DNA of 64,000 nt from Octopus sinensis (lineage: Eukaryota), in assembly GCF_006345805.1 (NCBI RefSeq), contig NC_043003.1, forward strand, positions 76,198,001 to 76,262,000, in the 5' to 3' direction. Each line of letters begins with the position of its first letter. Position 1 is the stretch's first letter. Positions 56,378 to 64,000 of the stretch are shown here, in pieces. Below the pieces are notes generated by a model. It had not been told where the DNA came from. It saw nothing but the letters and a program-made list of their open reading frames with translations, and did not search any database. Made by a program: the position numbers and the translations under genes.

Positions 56378-57106
56378 CCTTGATGCAGTACCGTGCAGTG
56401 GTTCTATACCCTGGGCATAGAACCACTGCCTGGTACTATGCCCTGATGTAGTACCAGGCAGTGGTTCTATGCCCTGATGTAGTACCAGGCAGTGGATTTA
56501 TGCCCTGATGCAGTATCAGGCAGTGGCTCTATGCCCTGATGCAGTACCAGGCAGTGGCTTTCGTGGCTTCTGATCTTAACTGATTGTAAGTGTTATCGTG
56601 TACATTGTTTTGTCTTGGTGTAAAAGATGGACTACAGCAAATATTCTGCTCATTACCACAGTTGTTTGACCATAACCAGTTGACCATGTCCCTTAGTGGC
56701 TGACGATATGTGCATCTCTGATGACGAGCAGAAGTAGTGGGGGAGCATCGTAGTCATGTGTTGAGAGGGATTTTTTGGGGGGATTTGAATAATTCATGTC
56801 TGGAAACGTTGTGTGTTTCGTTCTACATCATTAAACAACCCTTATTCAGGGACCTTTTGAGTGGGATGGCCTACTCGACATGAAGAAATTTCTAACTGGG
56901 CTCCTCCTGCAAGGGTCATGCGCTGTTTATCTTGATAGGAGATCACCATGTCGCGCACATATGGTTGTGATGCATGTGCCTGGTGAACCCTTATCAAATG
57001 GGTAGTCATGATGGGTACACTGGGCTTCGTATATTTTACCCCAGAGTCACTTTGATGGCATGCACTGCTCTCTCACTCAATAAAAATAATAATAATAATA
57101 ATAATA
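56378..57106 (+). mobile_element. Unclassified retroposon 3' region with 31-bp tandem repeats and (AAT)n tail
   Basis: Unit atgccctgatgtagtaccaggcagtggttct four times from 56438; ends ctctcactc-aataaaaat(aat)n; recalled as an abundant octopus repeat (not verified). Confidence 0.6.
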
Positions 57107-57326
57107 TATTTCTTTACTACCCACAAGGGGCTAAACACAGAGGGGACAAACAAGGACAGACAAACGGATCAAGTAGATTACTTCGATCCCAGTGCGTTAC
57201 TGGTACTTAATTTATCGACCCGGAAAAGATGAAAAGCAAAGTCGACCTCGGCGGAATTTGAACTCAGAACGTATCGACAGACGAAATACGTCTACGCATT
57301 TCACCCGGCGTGCTAACGATTCTGCC

Positions 57327-57328
<2 letters not shown>
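57107..57328 (-). mobile_element. SINE family A tail-1 inserted in an (AAT)n tract
   Basis: Aligns with the 7807 copy; (AAT)n on both sides. Confidence 0.9.
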
Positions 57329-57383
<55 letters not shown>

Positions 57384-57410
57384 TGATGATGATGATGGTG
57401 ATGATGGTAA

Positions 57411-57534
57411 CCTTTTCTACTCCAGGCACAAGACCCTAAATTTTGGGGGAGGGGACCAGTCGATTCGATCGACTCCAGTACGCAACTGGTACTTAATTTA
57501 TCAACACCGGAATGATGAAAGACAAAGTCGACCT
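57411..57534 (-). mobile_element. SINE family A tail-2, partial
   Basis: Aligns with 14335-14460. Confidence 0.8.
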
Positions 57535-58376
57535 GAAAGAACCGCTCGTGATTGGTATGTCAAGTTCAAAAATGGAAATTTTGACCTCAAAGACGCACCT
57601 CGATCTGGCCGTCCAGTTGAGTTCGTTGACGAGCGATTAAACCAACTTTTGCACGAAAATTCTCCTCAAACGACAAGGGAACTGGCAGAGAAAAGGGAAT
57701 GCTCCCACACTGCTATAGAGAAGCATATTCACTCGATGGGAAAGGTTCAGAAGAATGGAGCATGGGTTCCGCATGCTTTAAGTGACAACAAAAATCAACG
57801 AGCCACAATCTCCGTTGATATGCTTCCTCGTAAAGTGAAACAAGATGTTCATCCGCGTAAAACAATGTTGTGTGACCGGGATTATCCATTACGAATTGTT
57901 TGAACAGAAGCAAACGAGCAACGTGGAACTCCATGTTCAACAGATAGAACGACTCAACACGGCTTTTCAAGAGAAAATATCTAATCGCCAGCATGAAGTT
58001 CTTCTGCTGCACGACAACGCCCGCCCTTATATCGCCAATATGACCAAGGAAGCCATTGAAACGCATGACCAAGATGTGCTACCACACCAGCCGTAATCTC
58101 CTGATTTGGCACCAGCGTATTTCTAACTCTTTCAAATGGTATGCGTGGAGTCTCGTTCAATACTGATGCAGAATTGAGAGCTTGGTTGGAACAATTTTTC
58201 GAATCGAAATCGGTTGATTTCTTCCAACGAGGTACTGAAAATCTCGTTGACCGTTGGGAAGAAGTTGGAAACAACAAGAGTGAATACATTATTGATTAAT
58301 TAGTTGTTATTTTTTATTAAACCTTTTTTAAATTTGAATTTTAAAAAGCGGCGGAAACTAACTTGCCAACCCAGTT

Positions 58377-58377
<1 letters not shown>
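57535..58377 (+). mobile_element. Mariner transposase pseudogene, 5'-truncated and internally deleted, with right TIR
   Basis: ERTARDWYVKFKNGNFDLKDAPRSGRP; GAWVPHALS; LLHDNARPY; P*SPDLAP; TIR aactaacttgccaacccagt then TA. Confidence 0.9.
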
Positions 58378-58408
<31 letters not shown>

Positions 58409-58488
58409 ATTATATATATATATATATATATAATATATATATATATACATATGTGTGTATATGTGTGTGTTGTCTATATCGAAATATA

Positions 58489-59076
58489 TAGGGTGTGATG
58501 GGTAAATTGAAGTTATTTTATGATTTTAATTTCCCTCATGCACAGTTTGTTTTTGATTTTGTCGACTAAACATTATAATAGGTTCAGTTGGGCACCGTCT
58601 GTGACAAAAACAGAAACATGACGCAGTTTACTCTGTCAGACATTTGGAAACGATATGCTGTATAGCTTGGTATTCGCGCCAGAAGCTCCAATATGAATAT
58701 TTCAGAGTGTTTGGGTGTCGATCTTGACCGAGAGTGGTAAATATCACACACCCAATCAATATCATGGTGATAGGACTGATTACTATTGAAGGCGACATTA
58801 TGTCTCCGTTCATCTTCCCACAAAGCCTCAGAATAAACAGGGATCACTGCATCAAGAGCTTGGTGGAAGTAGTGGTGCCCTACGTCTAGAGGTTAACTGC
58901 TGGAAGACCTCGTGACTGGCAACAGGACACTGCACCATGTCACACAAGCAAGGGAACCCAGTCATGTCAGTCAAACAATGTCTGCACCACATCACCCCTA
59001 ACATCTGGTCACCTACCTCCCCAAACTGCAACCATTTTGATTATTATGTGTGGGGCGCAGTTGAGCGAGATGCCAA
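58489..59076 (+). mobile_element. maT deletion derivative, same family as 42186-43061
   Basis: Homologous 5' end (ttgtttttgattttgtcgac; ggttcagttgggca); HPINIMVIG, PFIFPQSL, WQQDTAPCH, FDYYVWGAVER. Confidence 0.8.
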
Positions 59077-59146
<70 letters not shown>

Positions 59147-59224
59147 AGATATGCATATATGTCCACACGTGTATGCATAAGCTTTCTAAAATAGCCATCC
59201 GCCATATTCCATGTATATACTGCT

Positions 59225-59560
59225 GGTCATTCCAAGACTATGACAGAAACCCAACTACAATATTCCAGGCACTGGAATCACACTCAGAGAGCAATGTGAT
59301 GGCAAAGCGAACCTCTTAGCTGCACCTGGCTATTGACTGCCTCCTTCCATATCCTTTATACACAATGTTACTCTTATGCTATTGTCATCTGGACGTGACA
59401 TATCGATCGTTGTACATATGCATTTATATTTGCTCTAACTGACAATATCCGATCGTTCGATTTCGCTCTGTTTGTCTGATTGTATGTTCGATAAAAGCAA
59501 AACATTTTCATTCTGCTTTGATGCTGGCAGGTTGATGTTTGTTGTCATACATCTGAGGCT
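59225..59560 (-). mobile_element. Decayed R4-type restriction-like endonuclease fragment
   Basis: QNENVLLL..SDKQSEIERSDIVS*SKYKCICTTIDMSRPDDNSI...VIPV resembles the RPDIV/IDxAxPxD motifs. Confidence 0.5.
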
Positions 59561-60497
59561 ATTTGGTAATATTTAGATAAGACCCACTATGCAAATGTGT
59601 CAGCTTTATTATGTTTTCTGGACATAATCAGAATTTACAAAACAAGCAGGGATGCGTATGTAATGTGAACGCATTTCTAAGTTGTTTAGCTACGTGAAAC
59701 ATTATGATTGGATAGGCATTATTGTGAACATGTTCGACAAAGTGCCTTGTGTTACTCGTTCCGGCTTGTCTGTTTTGATTTCAAATCCCGTGGGGGACAT
59801 ACTTGTCCACCATTCAATACCTATCAAGTGCTGCAGAGGATTTCATCCAATAATATCATCCTCAAAATGTGTGGCTTTGTGTTAACATTAGAAGATAATA
59901 ATCAATTTTGTGTCATTCAGCATATCAATTTGAACAAGACAAAATTACGAACATCTTACAAATCTTGCACAAAAAGTATCCCTGTTTAACAAAGAGGCTA
60001 ATATTACTTTTAGAAGTCCTTGAGGTGAACGCGACGACTTAGTGTTTCACAACGACGTTCCAGGAGTCTCTCTGCCACTCCAACTGCTATTGGCATTGAA
60101 GAGTCTTATTTTTATTGTTTCAAAATTAACGTGAGATCTACTCGTCTTTGTTACATTCAGTGATTTGGTCCAGTTTTGTATATATGCTGCATCGAACAAA
60201 CTTAGCTTGAAGAATGTAACTGTGATATTTTGCTGATGTGCATGTTTGTACTTTCTTAATAAGGACTATCGACCCCTCCCATCATCATCAGCATCGTACC
60301 ATAGCAACATCGTTATGATATTAAGCAAAATGGTTAGCATCATACCTTCTGGCACTTTAGGTTTTGAGTTTAAGTCCCGCCAACTTTGCCATTTATTCTT
60401 TTGTTTTTGATAACAAAGTACAGGCCAATCACGGTGATCAGTAGAATGGACGACCCACCTTTCTTTAAAATTGCTTGACTTGTGCAAAAATTAGAAA

Positions 60498-60985
60498 GGA
60501 TAACACAATGAATCAGTTGACCCCTTCATCTCTGGCTGCCCAGCCCTTGACGAAGTAATGACCGTGTTAGTAGTTATATCCACTATCAATGTGCCAAAGC
60601 TACAACATAAAAACAAACAATAAATGGCATAAACATGTGCCAAAGAAGATGCATGACAACAACCAGGCCACAATCATCTGAGATCAAAGGTAATCCCCCA
60701 GACATAATAATCAAAGACTGGATAAAACACCTACTTAGTGGTAGACATTGTGGTCCTTTGTGACCAAAATATTGAACAAGAAGTAGAGAATTTGTCAACG
60801 TACAAAAACTCCGAAACTGAACTATTCATAATGTGAAGCAAGAAGATGAAAACGATACCAGTAATAATAAAAGCATAGGGTATGATCACAACAAAGCAAA
60901 AAAGTAGAGGCTATACTTGGACCCTCAATACTGCACATTACAGAAAAAGAATAGCCCATATTCTATGTAAGACACTATGTAAATC
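60498..60985 (+). mobile_element. R4-type LINE 3' fragment (Zn knuckle end plus RLE)
   Basis: NESVDPFISGCPAL; KWHKHVPKK; PDIIIKD; TIPVII. Confidence 0.65.
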
Positions 60986-62150
60986 GAAATTAAATGGATG
61001 GAATATGATTGATGATATCAACACTTAGGCGACTTCACTCCTAGATAAGGAGCAGGGTTAATCGCATGGAGAGTAGACGAACTAAACACCTTAGATAGAA
61101 AGACAAGGAAGTTGCTCACTAGATATGGGATACTCCACCCAAAAGACACAGGCAGACTGCATGCATCAAGAAAAAGAGGAGAAAGAGGACTGATTGGATG
61201 CGAACATAGCATAATTGCAGAAGTAAACAACAAAGCATGGCATGTAAAATTGCTTTAGAACCGCTAAGATAGGAAGTAAGATGGTCAGGCTCCTCTAGTA
61301 TGGAAGATTGTACAAGCACTTGAGAATGAATGAAACTCAAAATAAATGGATAAAGTAAAGGATGCATGGATAATTTCTTAGGGAGGTTCAAGATCAGAGA
61401 AACAGAGAAAAAAAGTGTCTATAGATGACTGAAAGTAATTTAAAACCGGAAACGAAAGCTGTAATTTATGCTGCCTAAGAGCAATCATTAAGCACGAATT
61501 ACATCAAATACAGAATAGACAACTCACAAGAAAGTAATAAGTGCAGAATTTGTGGACAAAATGGTGTCATATTACCAGTTATCGTACACTACTAGCCCAG
61601 AAATGATATAAGAAACGTCATGACAATATAACAAGGATTGTCCATTGGACATTTGCAACCAGTATTGATCTGACAGAGAAAAAAGTGGTACGAACAAAAC
61701 CCGAAGGTATCGTCGAAAGTAACAATGCCAAGATCCTATGCGATTGTTTTGATTCAGTTCGACTGTGAGATAGAGAATAGGAAACCAGACATAGTCTTAA
61801 TTGAGAAAGAAACCAAACTATGCTAGATCATAGACATAGCATGCCCCGCTGACAACATAGTACATGATAAAGAAGAATGATAAGTTAAGTAGTTGTGGTC
61901 GATGAAAAATGTGGTTGTAGTACCAATAACTGTCGGAGCCCTGGGAACAGTGAGTAAAGATCTTGAGAAGTACATGGAATAAATAGGGCCTGCAATAAGG
62001 GTGGAATTCTTGCAGAAAACAGCAATGCTTTGAAGTGCTCGAGTACTCCGGATGTTGTTCGAAAAACAAGGGGTGTTACCTTAGTTCACTGGTAGTGAAT
62101 AGCTGATACCGTAGTACATCTCCTGCGTTAGTTGCTGTGCAAAGGCAATA
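60986..62150 (+). mobile_element. R4/Dong-clade LINE 3' portion (RT C-terminus, CCHC, RLE, 3' UTR)
   Basis: KSKLNG; LDRKTRKLLTRYGILHPK; NKCRICGQNG; YKKRHD; NRKPDIVLIEKE; IIDIACPAD; ends in aat/gat repeats. Confidence 0.85.
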
Positions 62151-62179
62151 CAATAATATCAATGATTATGATGATGATG

Positions 62180-62700
62180 ACCCATCTACGAGAATAGTGC
62201 ATCGCCATTGATTTGTGTGCTGAGAATGGTTACGTTGAGTAAAATATTGCAGAAAAGCAAGTTAAAGTATGAACTAGGAAGCGCCAAAGGAAAACTTAGC
62301 TACCTGTTATGGATGGTGTGAAGTTGTTCATAAAAAACGTGGTAGAACTTGACAGTTTAGTCCAGTGTGTGCTCATTTTCTTGAATGATATCAAGATGCA
62401 GCTTGGACTTACAAAATGTGCTACGATGATGATGAGAGGAAGAAGCTTGTCAGGACAGAAGGTTTATATACGTCAAGTAGTGATATGATGAAGGCAAGTG
62501 AACCTGAATCCGGATATAAATACTTAAGAATACGTGAATGATATGAAAGAAAAGACTAATAAAGCGAGAAAACTATTGGAATCAAAGCTGTATGGCAGAA
62601 ATATAATTTTGGTAATGTTCTCTCGAGCAGTCGCTGTAGTTCAGTATTGCGCTGAAATTCTAGAGTGGGCAGCGAGCTGGCAGAATAGTTAGTCCGATGG
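62180..62700 (+). mobile_element. R4-clade RT fragment
   Basis: SPLI; LSYLL/MDGVKLF; DIKMQLGLTKCATM; GYKYLRI; KLLESKLYG. Confidence 0.7.
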
Positions 62701-62886
62701 ACAAAATACACAGGAGAATTTCGCCTCTCTTTATGTTCTAAAATGAAATGCCACTGAGATTGACTTTGCCTTTTATGGTTTCAGGGTAGCTTATATGAGA
62801 ACCAGTGGAGCACGGGTCTCAGTTTCATCAACTAGCATCCTCTCCTAAAAAATTTAGACTTTGTGCCACGATAGTAGCAAAAACTG

Positions 62887-62935
62887 TTATTATTATTACT
62901 ATAATAATAATAATTATTATTATTATTATTATTAA

Positions 62936-63008
<73 letters not shown>

Positions 63009-63045
63009 GTTATTATTATTGTTATTATTGTTATTATTGTTTTTA
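62887..63045. repeat. (ATT)n/(GTT)n tract
   Basis: Direct reading. Confidence 0.95.
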
Positions 63046-63339
63046 TTCAAACCTTGTGTCGAACTCAATATATAAGACACTTGTATTGAAGTAAATATAG
63101 TATTATTATCAACAGTATTAGTAGTAGTATCATCATCAGTAGTAGTAATAACAGCAACAGTAGCAGCAGCAGGTAGGATTTAATGAGGAGCAAATGCAGT
63201 TTTATTTCTGAATGAGTTCGAGAATATGAGGTCATTACTAAAACCTTTTATCCAATAATTTTTATTATCGGCTGCAATAGGAAGCAGAAAATGAAAAACA
63301 GACGGAAGAAGCAAAACAATTTGATCAGCATTTGATGCC

Positions 63340-63625
63340 ACTACTTGACTAGTTCATCATTTCTATCGACCTCGAAACGATGAATGTCCAAGTTGGCCAC
63401 AGCGAGATCTAAAGTTAGTATGTAACGAGTTGAAAAAAGCGCAGCAAATTATTTTTCTGACAATTCACCAAAATATGAAAACTATTCCAAGTTTTTTTGC
63501 GATAGGCCAGCCATTTACGGGAGACGGGTGTGTGTTTAGTCGATTACATAGATTTCAATAATTTATTGTTACTTCATTTTATCGACTTAGATGAATCGAA
63601 GGGCAGAGCTGACCTCGTTGAGAAC
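63340..63625 (-). mobile_element. Two decayed family A SINE fragments
   Basis: atcgacctcgaaacgatgaa; agtcgattac...ttttatcgac...gctgacctcg. Confidence 0.4.
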
Positions 63626-64000
63626 TGAACATATGATGTAAATGGAAGGAATGAATGCCAAAACTCTGTTTTTTCTTTTCTTTGTTTTCGTCTCTAGCGA
63701 CGCTTTAAATGGCTCTACCAGTTCACCACCTTCAGGAGAATCAAGATAAGACTTGAAAAGCAGAATCAGGTAATAATATTCAAATTTAGGAGGTAGAATG
63801 GTAGACATGTAGTAATTTAATTTTGCATGTTGTAGCCTATTGAGGAAAACAGAAGGTATGACAGGATCGATGGCCCACTTCAGCGCTTGTGACATTTGTA
63901 AGGAACAAACAAGAAATCGTCATCAGACCTGACATGTATGCTTGCGATATTACCCAATAACCAGATAACTGAGTTAAACCGAGTGACAGATACTTTCACG

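Noticed and set aside
56438-56560. Regularly spaced repeats resembling a CRISPR array
   Set aside because: Units are contiguous with no unique spacers, no cas genes, eukaryotic context.

Overview
AT-rich, repeat-dense eukaryotic DNA, probably from an octopus (inference: I recognise the tRNA-derived and CORE-type SINE families from Octopus assemblies, but could not run a search). I found no host protein-coding gene I can support; most of the ORF track is microsatellite read-through. The window contains microsatellites, at least four SINE families (several nested), one 5'-truncated Penelope-like element (PLE; RT + Zn-knuckle + GIY-YIG, Neptune type), R4/Dong-type LINE fragments, mariner and maT transposase remnants, Helitron remnants and MITEs. 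The main observation is a dense set of type-I hammerhead ribozyme (HHR) motifs, folded by hand: about seven well-formed and several decayed. They lie in small non-coding elements with direct or inverted terminal redundancy that abut (TA)n tracts. Two have a monomer-plus-partial-repeat layout (588 and 478 nt) like retrozymes copied from circular RNA. Several have non-canonical cores (U3:A8 covariation, U4C), and each family has its own palindromic stem III. All coordinates, folds and identities were read by eye; element ends are approximate.
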